The notes below the pieces were generated by a model, which saw only the letters and a program-made list of their open reading frames with translations, was not told the origin of the DNA and did not search any database. A program made the position numbers and the translations under genes. From Myxococcota bacterium (GTDB lineage Bacteria > Myxococcota_A > UBA9160 > JAFDDA01): a DNA stretch of 64,000 nucleotides. The stretch is taken from contig OZ245817.1 of the NCBI GenBank assembly GCA_965228475.1, forward strand, positions 3,360,001 to 3,424,000, given 5' to 3'. Shown here one piece after another: positions 9,358 through 19,165 of this stretch. Within the stretch, counting starts at the first letter, position 1. Every line of letters starts with the position of its first letter.

Positions 9358-10382
9358 CCGCCGCGCCCCGCCCGCTGCGGCTCGTCTTCTTCGGCACGCC
9401 GGACTTCGCCGTCCCGACCCTCCGGCGCCTCCTCGAAGGCCCGCACGAGGTCGTCGCCGTCGTGAGCCAGCCCGACCGAGGACGCGGCCGGGGCCGCAAG
9501 CGCACGCCGAGCCCGGTGGCCGCCGTCGCGCTCGAGCACGGCCTGCCGCTCTACCGGCCGGAGCGGGTCGGCGAGCCGGAGATGGCCGAGACGCTCCGGG
9601 GCCACGCGCCCGACGTCGGCGTGGTCGTGGCCTTCGGCCAGTTCCTGCCCAAGCGCATCCGCGAACTTCCGGCGCAGGGCTTCCTCGTGAACGCCCACGC
9701 GAGCCTCCTCCCCCGGCACCGGGGCGCCGCGCCCATCGCCCACGCGATCCTGGCCGGCGACGCGACGACCGGCGTCTGTGCCATGCGCGTCGACAAGGAG
9801 ATGGACGCGGGCCCGGTCTGCGCGCGGCGCGAGACGCCGATCGGACCGGAAGAGAACACGGGCGAGCTCACGGAACGGCTCTCCCACCTGGCTGCCGACG
9901 TGATCGGGGAAGCCCTCGATGCCGCGGCGCGCGGGCCCCTCGAGTGGGTCGAGCAGGACGCGGCGCGCGCCACCCACGCCCCGCGCATCGAACGCGACGA
10001 CGCCCGGCTCGATTGGAGCGAAGACGCCGAAGGGCTCGTCCGCCGGATCCGCGCCATGGCCCCGAAGCCCGGGGCCTTCACCGAGCGCGCGACGGACTCT
10101 GGCCACGAGCCGCTCCGCATCCTCGCGGCCGCGGCCGAAGCCAGCGACGGCGGCTCGGGTGCGTCGGACGAACCGGGGACCGTCTCGCTCCTCGAAGGCC
10201 GGCCCCGCATCGCCACCGGGCGCGGCTGGCTCGTTCCCTCGATCCTTCAGCGGGCCGGGGCACGAGCCCTCGACGTCGACGACTTCCAGCGAGGCCGCGG
10301 CCTCGAGCCCGGCGAGCGGCTCGGTGAGCAACCCGGCGGGAAGCCGGGCGAGCCGCTCGGTTCGCCGGCGAAGCTCGGTTAG
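9354..10382 (+). CDS. fmt: Methionyl-tRNA formyltransferase (probable CTG start at 9354 or 9375)
   Basis: RLVFFGTPDFA, NAHASLLPRHRGAAPI, MDAGP; def-fmt-rsmB synteny; start codon uncertain. Confidence 0.92.
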   Translation: MTAAPRPLRLVFFGTPDFAVPTLRRLLEGPHEVVAVVSQPDRGRGRGRKRTPSPVAAVALEHGLPLYRPERVGEPEMAETLRGHAPDVGVVVAFGQFLPKRIRELPAQGFLVNAHASLLPRHRGAAPIAHAILAGDATTGVCAMRVDKEMDAGPVCARRETPIGPEENTGELTERLSHLAADVIGEALDAAARGPLEWVEQDAARATHAPRIERDDARLDWSEDAEGLVRRIRAMAPKPGAFTERATDSGHEPLRILAAAAEASDGGSGASDEPGTVSLLEGRPRIATGRGWLVPSILQRAGARALDVDDFQRGRGLEPGERLGEQPGGKPGEPLGSPAKLG

Positions 10383-10391
10383 CATCCGGCC

Positions 10392-11837
10392 ATGGCGGGA
10401 CGAGACGGCAACGGCGGCGGCAAGCGCGGCGGCGGGAGACCCCACCGCGGACGCCCCCGCGACCGCGACAGCGGCGGGCGGCGCCGCGCGACGCCCACCC
10501 GCGCCCGCCTGCTCGCCGTGCGCGTCCTCGAACGCATCGAGCGCACGCGCGCCTACGCGGACCTCGCCCTCCACGGCGCCCTCGCCCGAAGCGACCTCCC
10601 GGCCCAGGACCGCGCCCTCGCGACGGAGCTCGTCTACGGCACCTTGCGCTGGCGCGGGAGCCTCGACTACCGGCTCTCGAACGTGCTCGACCGCGACCTC
10701 GGCAAGCTCGAGCCCGTCGTCCTCTCGATCCTGCGCACGGCGGCCTACCAGATCACCCGCACCCGCATCCCGGTCTCGGCGGCCGTCGACCAGGCTGTGC
10801 GCTGCTCGCGCGCGGCCGGCGCTTCGCGGGCTTCGGGGCTCGTGAATGCCGTCCTCCGCCGGCTCGCCGAAGCCAAGGATTCGATGGTCTGGCCCGACCC
10901 CGCCGACGACCCGGTCGGCCACATGACCCACGCCCTCTCGATGCCGGGCTGGATCGCCGAGCGCTGGATCGAACACTTCGGCGCCGAGGAAGCCATCGCG
11001 GTCGCGGCCGCCTCGAACGAAGTTCCGCCCCGGACGGTGCGCGTGAACCGCCAGAAGAGCGACCCCGAGACGCTGCTCGAAGCCCTCCGCCCCCACCACC
11101 CGGGCGCGCGCCGCTGCCGCTTCGCTCCCGACGGCCTCGTGCTCGACCAGCGCGGCCACCCGGGGAGCGACCCGCTCTTCCTCGAAGGCGCCTACACCGT
11201 GCAGGACGAAGCGTCCCAGCTCGTGGTGGAGCTGCTCGACCCGCAGCCCGGGGAGAGCGTCCTCGACGCCTGCTCGGCACCGGGCGCCAAGGCCACGGCC
11301 ATCGCCGAGCGCGTCGGCGAAGAGGGCCGCGTGATGGCCCTCGACCGACACCCGCGACGCCTCGGCCTCGTGCGCCGCGACGCCCGCCGGCTCGGCCTCG
11401 CCACCCGCATCGAAACCCTCGAGCGCGACGCCTCGAAGCCCCTCGGCGACCTCGGGAGCTTCGACCGCGTGCTCGTCGACGCGCCCTGCTCGGGGCTCGG
11501 CACGCTCCGCCGCAACCCGGACGCGCGCTGGCGCATCCAGCCCAAGGACATCGACCGCCTCGCCGCGGTCCAGACCGCGATCCTCCGCCAGGCGGCGGCC
11601 CAGGTCGTTGCGGGCGGCACCCTCGTCTACAGTACGTGCACGATCCTCCCAGAGGAGAACGAAGCCGTGATCGATGCCTTCCTGAGCGTGGAGACGGGCT
11701 TCCGGCGCGTCCCGGCCGCGGACGTCTCCCCCGCCGTCGCACCCGTGCTGGGCGAAGACGGCGCCCTGCGAACCCTGCCCCATCAGTACGAGACCGACGG
11801 CTTCTTCGCCGCGCGGCTCGTTCGGGAGCCCTCATGA
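10392..11837 (+). CDS. rsmB: 16S rRNA m5C967 methyltransferase RsmB/Sun
   Basis: NusB-like N-domain (LVNAVLRR), VQDEASQ, DACSAPGAK, VDAPCSG, YSTCT, DGFF. Confidence 0.95.
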   Translation: MAGRDGNGGGKRGGGRPHRGRPRDRDSGGRRRATPTRARLLAVRVLERIERTRAYADLALHGALARSDLPAQDRALATELVYGTLRWRGSLDYRLSNVLDRDLGKLEPVVLSILRTAAYQITRTRIPVSAAVDQAVRCSRAAGASRASGLVNAVLRRLAEAKDSMVWPDPADDPVGHMTHALSMPGWIAERWIEHFGAEEAIAVAAASNEVPPRTVRVNRQKSDPETLLEALRPHHPGARRCRFAPDGLVLDQRGHPGSDPLFLEGAYTVQDEASQLVVELLDPQPGESVLDACSAPGAKATAIAERVGEEGRVMALDRHPRRLGLVRRDARRLGLATRIETLERDASKPLGDLGSFDRVLVDAPCSGLGTLRRNPDARWRIQPKDIDRLAAVQTAILRQAAAQVVAGGTLVYSTCTILPEENEAVIDAFLSVETGFRRVPAADVSPAVAPVLGEDGALRTLPHQYETDGFFAARLVREPS

Positions 11838-12499
11838 GCCGCGTCCTGATCGCCCCTTCGATCCTCGCCGCCGACTTCGGCCACCTCGCGGACGAGATCG
11901 CCGCCGTCGAGGCGGGGGGCGCCGACTGGATCCACGTCGACGTCATGGACGGCCGCTTCGTGCCGAACATCACCCTCGGCCCGGTGGTGGTGGAAGCCGC
12001 CCGGCGCGCCACCGACCTCCCGCTCGACGTCCACCTGATGATCGAGGAGCCGGAGCGCTACATCGGGGATTTCGTCAAAGCGGGCGCGGCGACCGTCGGC
12101 GTCCACGTCGAGACCTGCCCGCACCTGCACCGGACCGTGGCCCAGATCCGCGAGGCCGGCGCCCGCGCCTGCGTCGTGCTGAACCCGGGAACGCCGGCGG
12201 AGCTCGTGCGGCCGGTCCTGCCCGAGGCGGACCAGGTCCTCGTGATGAGCGTGAACCCGGGCTTCGGCGGCCAGCGCTTCATCGAGGCTTCGCTCGACAA
12301 GATCGCCACCTTGCGCGGCTGGATCGACGAGTCCGGGCTCGAGGTCGACCTCGAGGTCGACGGCGGGATCGCGCGCGGCACCGCGGGCCGGGCCGCCGCG
12401 GCGGGCGCCAACGTGCTCGTCGCCGGAAGCGCCGTCTTCTCCGAGAAGGACTACGGCGCCGCGATCGAAGGCCTTCGAAAAGAGGCCGAAAGCGCCTGA
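11834..12499 (+). CDS. rpe: Ribulose-phosphate 3-epimerase
   Basis: IAPSILAADF, HVDVMDG, DVHLM, MSVNPGFGGQ, VDGG; ATGA overlap with rsmB. Confidence 0.97.
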   Translation: MSRVLIAPSILAADFGHLADEIAAVEAGGADWIHVDVMDGRFVPNITLGPVVVEAARRATDLPLDVHLMIEEPERYIGDFVKAGAATVGVHVETCPHLHRTVAQIREAGARACVVLNPGTPAELVRPVLPEADQVLVMSVNPGFGGQRFIEASLDKIATLRGWIDESGLEVDLEVDGGIARGTAGRAAAAGANVLVAGSAVFSEKDYGAAIEGLRKEAESA

Positions 12500-12548
12500 A
12501 CCGCGCGCTCCCTAGGAAAAGACCCGCCGCTCTGGTAGAAGGATCCCC

Positions 12549-13415
12549 ATGAATCCTTCGCCGCGCCGGTCCTCTGCCTTCCTTCTCCCCCTGCTGTTCG
12601 CGCTGCTCGTCCCCGCCGCCCCCGGCCCGGCCCGCGCGGATGCCGTCCCGGGCGCCTTCCCGGAAGATGCCCTGCCCGAAGACGCGCTCCTCTCCGGGGA
12701 GGAGATCTACCGGCGCGTCCTGAAGAACCGCCTGCGCTCGTACGAGCAGCGCACCCGCGTCGTCTCCGGCGACCGCGGCGGCTCGGAGCAGGAAAGCCAG
12801 ATGACGGTCCAGTACATGAGCTTCCGCAACGATGCGGACGAGGCCGTCGGGGGCATCCACTCGAAGACGCGGCTCGAGTACGAGAAGCCCTTCGACCTGC
12901 GCTTCACGTCCTACCTGGTGATCGACAAGGAAGGCGCGACGAACGATCAGTTCGTCTACCTGCCGACCTACCGGCGCGTGCGCCGCGTGAACCTGCGCGG
13001 CGAGGCCGTCTTCGGCTCGGACTTCAGCTTCGAAGACGTGCTCCCGCGTGAGCTCGAGGACGCCACCTACGACCGCCTGCCCGATCGCAACATCGACGGC
13101 GTGCCCTGCTTCGTGGTCGAGGCGATCCCCCAGGCGACCGCCAACTCCGAATACTCGCGCTTCATCTTCGCCGTGGAGAAGGAGCGCTACGTGCCGCTCC
13201 ACATCCGCTACTGGAACGAGGCCGGCGTCTTCTTCAAGGAGCTCCACGCGGACTACGACTCGATCACCCGGTTCGACACGGCGTGGATCCCGATGCGTTC
13301 GACCATGAAGAACCTGCTCCAGGACAGCTGGTCGCGGCTCTTCATCGACGAGCTTCAGCCGAACCCGAAGTTCTCGAAGGCGATCTTCTCGCTGCGAGGC
13401 CTCGAGGGGCGCTAG
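12549..13415 (+). CDS. Secreted LolA-like outer-membrane lipoprotein-sorting family protein
   Basis: Signal peptide ending ARA; DQFVYLPTYRRVRRV and FGSDFSFED motifs; converges on an MMPL gene. Confidence 0.8.
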   Translation: MNPSPRRSSAFLLPLLFALLVPAAPGPARADAVPGAFPEDALPEDALLSGEEIYRRVLKNRLRSYEQRTRVVSGDRGGSEQESQMTVQYMSFRNDADEAVGGIHSKTRLEYEKPFDLRFTSYLVIDKEGATNDQFVYLPTYRRVRRVNLRGEAVFGSDFSFEDVLPRELEDATYDRLPDRNIDGVPCFVVEAIPQATANSEYSRFIFAVEKERYVPLHIRYWNEAGVFFKELHADYDSITRFDTAWIPMRSTMKNLLQDSWSRLFIDELQPNPKFSKAIFSLRGLEGR

Positions 13416-13422
13416 GCGGCGT

Positions 13423-15792
13423 TCAGCGCCGGAATCGCACGAGAAGCGCCGGGAGCAGGACCAGGTCCGAGAGCATGCAGATGGCCATGGTCGTGGCGGC
13501 GAGCAGGCCGAACTGGCGGAGCGTGGCGAAGCCCGAGAGCGCGACGACCCCGAAGCCGACGCACAGCATGACGGTCGCGATCGCCACCGGCCGCCCGACC
13601 GTCCGCGTCGCCGTCTCGATCGCGGCTTCGACCGGCACCCCGGCGTCGCGCTCGCGGCGGTAGCGCACGACGTAGTGCACGGTCCCGTCGATGGCGATGC
13701 CGAGGACGATGCTCCCGATGAGGCTCGTCGGCAGCGAGAGCGGGGCGACCCCCGCTCCGAGCAGGCCGAAGAAGAGCGCGACGGGCACGAGGTTCGGGAT
13801 CATCACCAGCCAGCCGAGCCGGAACGAACGGAAGGTCCACCAGACGACGGCGAAGATCGCGAGCCCCGCGGCGGCGACCGTGCGCGGCTGGGCCTCGGCC
13901 ACACCGTCCGCGCTGCGCGCGATCAGGACCGTGTTGCCCGTGACCGCCGTGGCGGCCACGCCCGGCAGCGGGACCTCCGCGACCACGGCCTCGATTCGCG
14001 CCACGAGGTCCCGCACCGCCGCCGAGCCGATCTCACCCGTGCGCACGACGAGGTTCGCCCGCGAGTGGTCGAGGTTCACGAAGCGGGCGAGGTCGCCCTT
14101 CGGGACGAGGAAGAGGAGCTCCATCACGCCGGGGCGGCTGTCGGGCAGGACCTCGGCGGCCGGGTCGCCGCCCGAGAACGCGCGGTTCAGGCGGCGCAGG
14201 GTGTCGACGAAGGTCGTGGCGTGACTCACGCCCGGCAGCTCCGCCAGGCGGTGCTGCAACGTCTCGAGGGCGGCCAGCGTCGCCGGCTCCCGGAAGGTGC
14301 CCTTCCCTTCGCCCTCGAGGGTCACGTAAACCGGGATGGCGCCGGCCAGGAGCCGGTTCACCGCCTCGAAGTCCGTCCGCACCGGCGCGCGCTCCGAGAA
14401 GAAGGAGAGGAAGTCCGTGTCGACCGCGATGCGCGGCAGCATGGCCAGGGCCAGCGCCGTGGAGAGGGCCCAGGCGGCGAGAAGGGGCGAGGGCCGGCGC
14501 GCCACCGCCCGGCCAAGGCGGCCGAGGGCGCCGTCGAGCCAGCGCTCGATGCGCTTCGCCCGGGGGGCCGCGACCGCCCGCGTCGGGCGCGCCAGCCAGG
14601 CCGGGACGAAGGTCAGCGAGAGCACCGTGATCGCGGCGACGCCGAGCACCGAGAACGCGCCGAGTTCGCGCACGGCCGGGACGTCCGAGATGCCGAGGGC
14701 CGCGAAGCCGACCCCGGTGGTGAGCCCGGCGATGCTGACCGGAAGCCTCACGTGTTCGAGGCAGCGCCGGGCCCGCTCGGGCGCCGGCGCTTCGGGCGCG
14801 GCCTCGCACTCCTCGTCGAAGCGCGTCAGCACGTGGACGCCGTAGACGCTTCCGACGGCGATCAGCACCGGCGCGAGCAGCGTGGTCAGGACGGTCAGCG
14901 GTTTGCCGAGCGCCGCCATCGCGCCGAAGGTCCAGAGCGTCGCCAGCACGACGGTGCCGAGCGGAAGGAAGACGCCGCGCGCCGTTCCCGTCAGGACGAA
15001 GAGCACGGCTGCGAGCGCGAGCAGTCCGCCCGGGATCAGCACGGTCAGGTCGCGCAGCATCCAGTGGTAGACGCGCGCCTTCACGTGGGGACGGCCCGCG
15101 ATGTAGAAGCGCCGGTCCGGCGCCGCCTCGGCCGCCACCACCGCCGCGATCGCTTCGTCGATGCCCGAAGCGATGAAGTCCGCGTCGCTCATCTTGCGGA
15201 AGGCCACGTTCAAGGCGGCCGTCCGCGCGTCCGCGGAGACGAGCGTCTTGCGGTAGAGCGGGTTCGCGAGCGCACGCTCGCGCAGCTCGGCGAGCGCCGC
15301 GGGCTCGGCCGGGACGTCCTCGATGAACGGCCGGACCTCGATCCAATCCTCTTCTTCGACGTAGCGGAAGGAGGTGACGTCGGCGAGATGCGTCACCCCG
15401 GTCACCCCGGGCAGGCGGGCCACGGCGTGACCGATGCGGCGGAGCGTCTCGAGGTGGCGCGGCTCGAAGACGCCTTCCGTCTCCATCGCGATCACGAAGA
15501 CCTCGTCGTCCCCGAAGTCGCGCACGGCCCGTTGGTAGTGCTCCCGGCCCGGGTCGCCGAGCGGGAGCATCGGCTCGGTCGAGGGGTCGATGCGAAGGCG
15601 CAGGCCCGGGCCCTCGGGCCCGAGCTCGACGATGGCGCCGACGGCGGCGAGGGTCGGCAGCGCGGCCGCCAGGAGCACCCAGCGCCGCCCGCGGACGAGG
15701 GCCCCCGGAAAGCGGACGGCGAAGGCCCACGCCGCCCCGAGCAGGACCGCCGCGGCGAGGGCGAACGTCGCGATCTCGGAGTCTCCCCCCAC
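13423..15792 (-). CDS. MMPL/RND-family transporter
   Basis: Two repeats of large periplasmic domain plus TM bundle; AVGSVYGVH and [10 protein letters not shown] motifs. Confidence 0.88.
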   Translation of the reverse strand: MGGDSEIATFALAAAVLLGAAWAFAVRFPGALVRGRRWVLLAAALPTLAAVGAIVELGPEGPGLRLRIDPSTEPMLPLGDPGREHYQRAVRDFGDDEVFVIAMETEGVFEPRHLETLRRIGHAVARLPGVTGVTHLADVTSFRYVEEEDWIEVRPFIEDVPAEPAALAELRERALANPLYRKTLVSADARTAALNVAFRKMSDADFIASGIDEAIAAVVAAEAAPDRRFYIAGRPHVKARVYHWMLRDLTVLIPGGLLALAAVLFVLTGTARGVFLPLGTVVLATLWTFGAMAALGKPLTVLTTLLAPVLIAVGSVYGVHVLTRFDEECEAAPEAPAPERARRCLEHVRLPVSIAGLTTGVGFAALGISDVPAVRELGAFSVLGVAAITVLSLTFVPAWLARPTRAVAAPRAKRIERWLDGALGRLGRAVARRPSPLLAAWALSTALALAMLPRIAVDTDFLSFFSERAPVRTDFEAVNRLLAGAIPVYVTLEGEGKGTFREPATLAALETLQHRLAELPGVSHATTFVDTLRRLNRAFSGGDPAAEVLPDSRPGVMELLFLVPKGDLARFVNLDHSRANLVVRTGEIGSAAVRDLVARIEAVVAEVPLPGVAATAVTGNTVLIARSADGVAEAQPRTVAAAGLAIFAVVWWTFRSFRLGWLVMIPNLVPVALFFGLLGAGVAPLSLPTSLIGSIVLGIAIDGTVHYVVRYRRERDAGVPVEAAIETATRTVGRPVAIATVMLCVGFGVVALSGFATLRQFGLLAATTMAICMLSDLVLLPALLVRFRR

Positions 15793-15868
15793 GCAGGCGA
15801 TTCTACGCGATGGGGCGGCTGCCCGAGGCGACCCGTGGCATACTCCCGCCGCTCGCGGGAATGCGTGA

Positions 15869-15945
<77 letters not shown>

Positions 15946-15961
15946 TTCCGCCCGCGGGCCA

Positions 15962-15998
15962 GAACCCCGGTCACCTTGGTGGCCGGGGTTCGTCGTTT
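15962..15998 (+). terminator. Probable intrinsic terminator after tRNA-Pro
   Basis: GAACCCCGGTCAC-CTTG-GTGGCCGGGGTTC followed by GTCGTTT. Confidence 0.7.
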
Positions 15999-16221
15999 CG
16001 GCCTCGCGACACCCCGTTCCCGTCGCTGTGTGACCCGGGCGGCCCGACCCAGCGAAAAAAAATCACCGGCAAGCCGTGCCCCGGATCACGAGTGGGCGAT
16101 GAGCAACTCACGCCGCGAACGCCCGCGCGCGCTCGGCTTCGGGCGTTCGCAAAAACACCGTCTCACGCGCCGCGCGGACCCGCCCGAGAGGCTAAAACCC
16201 GTTTGATCTTCGTGGTTTACG

Positions 16222-16250
16222 TTGACAAGGCCGACCCCCGCTGTCAGCAT
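16222..16250 (+). promoter_or_regulatory. Sigma70-type promoter
   Basis: Consensus TTGACA (16222-16227), 17-bp spacer, extended -10 TG-T-CAGCAT. Confidence 0.65.
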
Positions 16251-16332
16251 CCAGCCGGTCCGCAAGGGTCTGCGCAACGCGGGTCCGGAAGCCCGCGCAA
16301 CGCGGGTTCCCCAGGTGGCGACGGAGCGTTCG

Positions 16333-16593
16333 ATGACTCATTCGGAGATGGCGTGGGAGTTCGCGGGGCTGTTCCACGACCTCAAGATCGAAGAGATCAA
16401 CGAGGTGCTCGCGAAGAACGTCCCGATCGGCATGCTCGAGTTCTTCGACTGCTACGGCGCCGACGTCGCGAAGGCCGAGGGTCTCGAGGGCGATACCGCC
16501 AAGCGCGTCCCGAACCTGCTCCTGCTCGGCTACCTCCTGCGCGTGCTCGAAGAGCGCCTGATCCCCGAGGAACCGGGCGACCTCCCCTCCTGA
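16333..16593 (+). CDS. Small acidic helical hypothetical protein (86 aa)
   Basis: GGAG SD, ATG, host-like GC3 codon usage, own promoter upstream. Confidence 0.75.
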   Translation: MTHSEMAWEFAGLFHDLKIEEINEVLAKNVPIGMLEFFDCYGADVAKAEGLEGDTAKRVPNLLLLGYLLRVLEERLIPEEPGDLPS

Positions 16594-16645
16594 CCTTCCG
16601 ACCGACCTCCTGACGCCCGGCCCATCCTGAGCGATCCTCACGCCC

Positions 16646-17047
16646 GTGAGTGATCTCAAGCGCGAAGTCCGAACCGAGAATGCCCCCGACCCCGTCGGGC
16701 CCTACTCCCAGGCGATCGCCGCCGGCGGCCTGCTCTTCGCGAGCGGCCAGATCCCCCTCGACCCGAAGACGGGAGAGATCGTCGGCGACGAGATCGAGGA
16801 GCAGACCCGCCAGGTCCTGCGAAACCTCACCGCCGTCCTGCAGGCGGGCGGCGCGAGCCTCGCGGACGTCGTGAAGGCGACGGTCTACGTGGTGGACCTC
16901 TCGCTCTTCCCGCGCATCAACGCCGTCTACGCCGAGTTCTTCAACGTCGAACCGGCCCCGGCCCGCGCCACCGTCGAGGTGGCCGCCCTGCCCCTGGGCG
17001 CCCAGGTGGAGATCGACGCCGTCGCCGTGCTCTCCGGCCAGGCCTAG
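16646..17047 (+). CDS. RidA/YjgF family enamine/imine deaminase
   Basis: APDPVGPYSQA, SGQIPLDP, PARATVEVAALP, VEID. Confidence 0.95.
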   Translation: MSDLKREVRTENAPDPVGPYSQAIAAGGLLFASGQIPLDPKTGEIVGDEIEEQTRQVLRNLTAVLQAGGASLADVVKATVYVVDLSLFPRINAVYAEFFNVEPAPARATVEVAALPLGAQVEIDAVAVLSGQA

Positions 17048-17703
17048 CGCGGCGCCGGGGGCTCCTCGGGCGCCCCGTCGGAAGGGCCGTCGTCGCCGTA
17101 GCGGCGCACCAGCAGCGAGAGGTTCACGGCGTTGATCCCCGCGTGGGCGACGACGGGCGCCACCAGGTTGCCCGTGGCCTCGAAGAGGAACCCCAGCAGG
17201 AAGCCCGCGGCCACCGAGAAGAACGTCCACAGCCGGAACTCGGGCCGCGGCACATAGTGGACCAGGCCGAAGATCACGCTCGCCCAGGGGAGCCCGACCC
17301 GGGGCTGGAGGGCGCCCCGGAAGAAGAGCTCCTCGGCGAGGCCGCTCGTGGCCGCCAGGACCAGGATCGCCCCCGGGCCGACCGGGCCGATCATCTTCGC
17401 GAGCCCGCGCGCGAGTTCCTTCCCGGCCCGCGTGTTCTCCGTGAGCTGGTGGGAGACGAGCACGACCAGGGCCGCCGCCATCCCCCCGACCAGGAGCCCG
17501 CGGCCGAGGTCGATCCCCGCGCGGGCCGCATCGGCCGAGGCGTAGAGGAGGGGCTCGCCGTACCAGGCCGTGCGCCAGAGCCACGCCAGGGCCGCCAGCA
17601 CGGCGTAGAAGACCAGGGCCGAGCGCACCAAGCGCCCAGGCGGCATCGGCTCGAGATCGCCCGGTTCGGGGGCGCTCCGGGGCTCGGGCTCCATCTCGCT
17701 CAT
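17044..17703 (-). CDS. CPBP/Abi (CAAX-like) intramembrane metalloprotease
   Basis: EELFFRG, FGLVH and HAGIN motifs. Confidence 0.9.
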   Translation of the reverse strand: MSEMEPEPRSAPEPGDLEPMPPGRLVRSALVFYAVLAALAWLWRTAWYGEPLLYASADAARAGIDLGRGLLVGGMAAALVVLVSHQLTENTRAGKELARGLAKMIGPVGPGAILVLAATSGLAEELFFRGALQPRVGLPWASVIFGLVHYVPRPEFRLWTFFSVAAGFLLGFLFEATGNLVAPVVAHAGINAVNLSLLVRRYGDDGPSDGAPEEPPAPR

Positions 17704-17776
17704 GGGCGCGGGTCCGCCATCACCGCTGGTCTGTAGCCCACTCCCCCCGCGCGGAGCCCGAAAAACCGCCGCCTGC

Positions 17777-17805
17777 TTGCCGGCCTCCGGGCCGCCCGGT
17801 AGCCT
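17777..17805 (+). promoter_or_regulatory. greA promoter
   Basis: TTGCCG (17777-17782), 17-bp spacer, TAGCCT (17800-17805). Confidence 0.7.
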
Positions 17806-17815
17806 TCCGGGGTCC

Positions 17816-17848
17816 GGCGTCCCCTCTTGGGGACGTCGTTTTTCGTTT
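17816..17848 (+). terminator. Intrinsic terminator within the greA 5' leader
   Basis: GGCGTCCCC-TCTT-GGGGACGTC followed by GTTTTTCGTTT, between the promoter and the greA start. Confidence 0.75.
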
Positions 17849-17883
17849 CCAGCCCGCCCCCCGGGCCCAGCCCAGGATCGTTC

Positions 17884-18360
17884 GTGAGCGACCGGATTCC
17901 CATCACCCGCAGCGGCTTCGAGAAGCTCAAGGAAGACCTCGAGCGGCTGAAGTTCGTCGAGCGGCCCCACAACGTCCAGGAGATCGCCGAGGCCCGCGCC
18001 CACGGCGACATCAGCGAAAACGCCGAGTTCCACGCCGCCAAGGAGCGCCAGGGCCAGATCGAGGCCCGCATCGTGATGGTCGAGGACCGCATCGCCCGGG
18101 CCCAGGTGATCGAGCCCGGCGACGAGCCCCCGGACGCCGTCCGCTTCGGCACGACCGTCGTCCTCGAGGACACGGACACCGGGGAAGAGGTCAAGTACAC
18201 GCTGGTCGGCGAGGACGAATCCGACGCCTCGGCCGGCCGGATCTCCGTCACCTCCCCCGTGGCCCGGGCCCTGCTCGGCAAGGCGGAGGGAGACGAGGTG
18301 AAGGTCAAGGTGCCCAAGGGCACCCGCGAGTTCGAGGTCCTCGACATCCGCTACGACTGA
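17884..18360 (+). CDS. greA: Transcription elongation factor GreA
   Basis: EARAHGDISENAEFHAAKE, ISVTSPVARALLGK; GTG start. Confidence 0.97.
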   Translation: MSDRIPITRSGFEKLKEDLERLKFVERPHNVQEIAEARAHGDISENAEFHAAKERQGQIEARIVMVEDRIARAQVIEPGDEPPDAVRFGTTVVLEDTDTGEEVKYTLVGEDESDASAGRISVTSPVARALLGKAEGDEVKVKVPKGTREFEVLDIRYD

Positions 18361-18449
18361 TCGCCAGGACCGCGGCCCCGAGCCTGGGGGACGCGTTGCA
18401 AACCGTGGCCGTCCTTCTAGAATCGGGCCGGTCCGAGTCAAGGGATCGT

Positions 18450-18525
18450 TCCCCGGTAGCTCAGTTGGCAGAGCAAGCGGCTGTTAACCGCTGGGTCGTA
18501 GGTTCGAGTCCTACCCGGGGAGCCA
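18450..18525 (+). tRNA. tRNA-Asn (anticodon GTT)
   Basis: TCCCCGG acceptor stem, GCGG-CT-GTT-AA-CCGC anticodon arm, GGTTCGAGTCC, CCA; promoter TTGCAA-16-TAGAAT at 18396-18423. Confidence 0.98.
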
Positions 18526-18568
18526 CCTTGAAGGCGCAGGGACGCGCCTTCGGGGCCGAAGGGGAAGA

Positions 18569-19150
18569 ATGGTCCACCGAATCGTGGCGCTCGGAAGGAT
18601 CCGGGCCATGGCCCTCGCCGTGTTGCTCGCCGTCGTCGGGAGCGCGCCCCAGGCTCTCGCCCAGGAAGTCTGGGTGAAGGACGAGGTGAACCTCAACCTC
18701 CGCACGGGCCCGGGCAACCAGTACCGCATCGTCGGCCTGCTCAAGACGGGCGACTCCGTCCGCATCGTGAAGCGCGGCGACGGCTGGACCCAGGTGCGCA
18801 TCTCCGACGGCAAGCAGGGCTGGGTGCCGGCAGGCTTCCTGATGGCGGACCCGCCCGCCGCGACGCGCGTCGAGCGCATGGAACACGAGACGCGCGAACT
18901 GCGCGAAACCGTCGAGAGCCTGCGCGAGAGGCTCGGCTCGGTGACGTCCGAACGCAGCGACCTCGAATCGAGCGAGAGCGAAGCGCGCACGCGCGCGGCG
19001 GAGCTCGAAGCCGAGAACATGGAGCTGAAGGCCGGCGCGCGCTGGCCCGAGTGGATCACCGGCGCGGGAATCCTCGCGAGCGGGATGCTCGTCGGCTCCA
19101 TCCTGCAGACCTGGGCCTCGCGCCGCCCGCGCTCCCGGATCCGTCTCTAA
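18569..19150 (+). CDS. SH3b-domain protein with coiled coil and C-terminal TM (TIGR04211/YgiM-like)
   Basis: Signal peptide, LRTGPGNQYRIV...GWV SH3b, heptad region, C-terminal TM with basic tail. Confidence 0.85.
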   Translation: MVHRIVALGRIRAMALAVLLAVVGSAPQALAQEVWVKDEVNLNLRTGPGNQYRIVGLLKTGDSVRIVKRGDGWTQVRISDGKQGWVPAGFLMADPPAATRVERMEHETRELRETVESLRERLGSVTSERSDLESSESEARTRAAELEAENMELKAGARWPEWITGAGILASGMLVGSILQTWASRRPRSRIRL

Positions 19151-19165
19151 CCGAATCTCATCCCG

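Noticed and set aside
16055..16062. A8 homopolymer as a phase-variation tract
   Set aside because: Short, intergenic and not within an identified promoter spacer or ORF.
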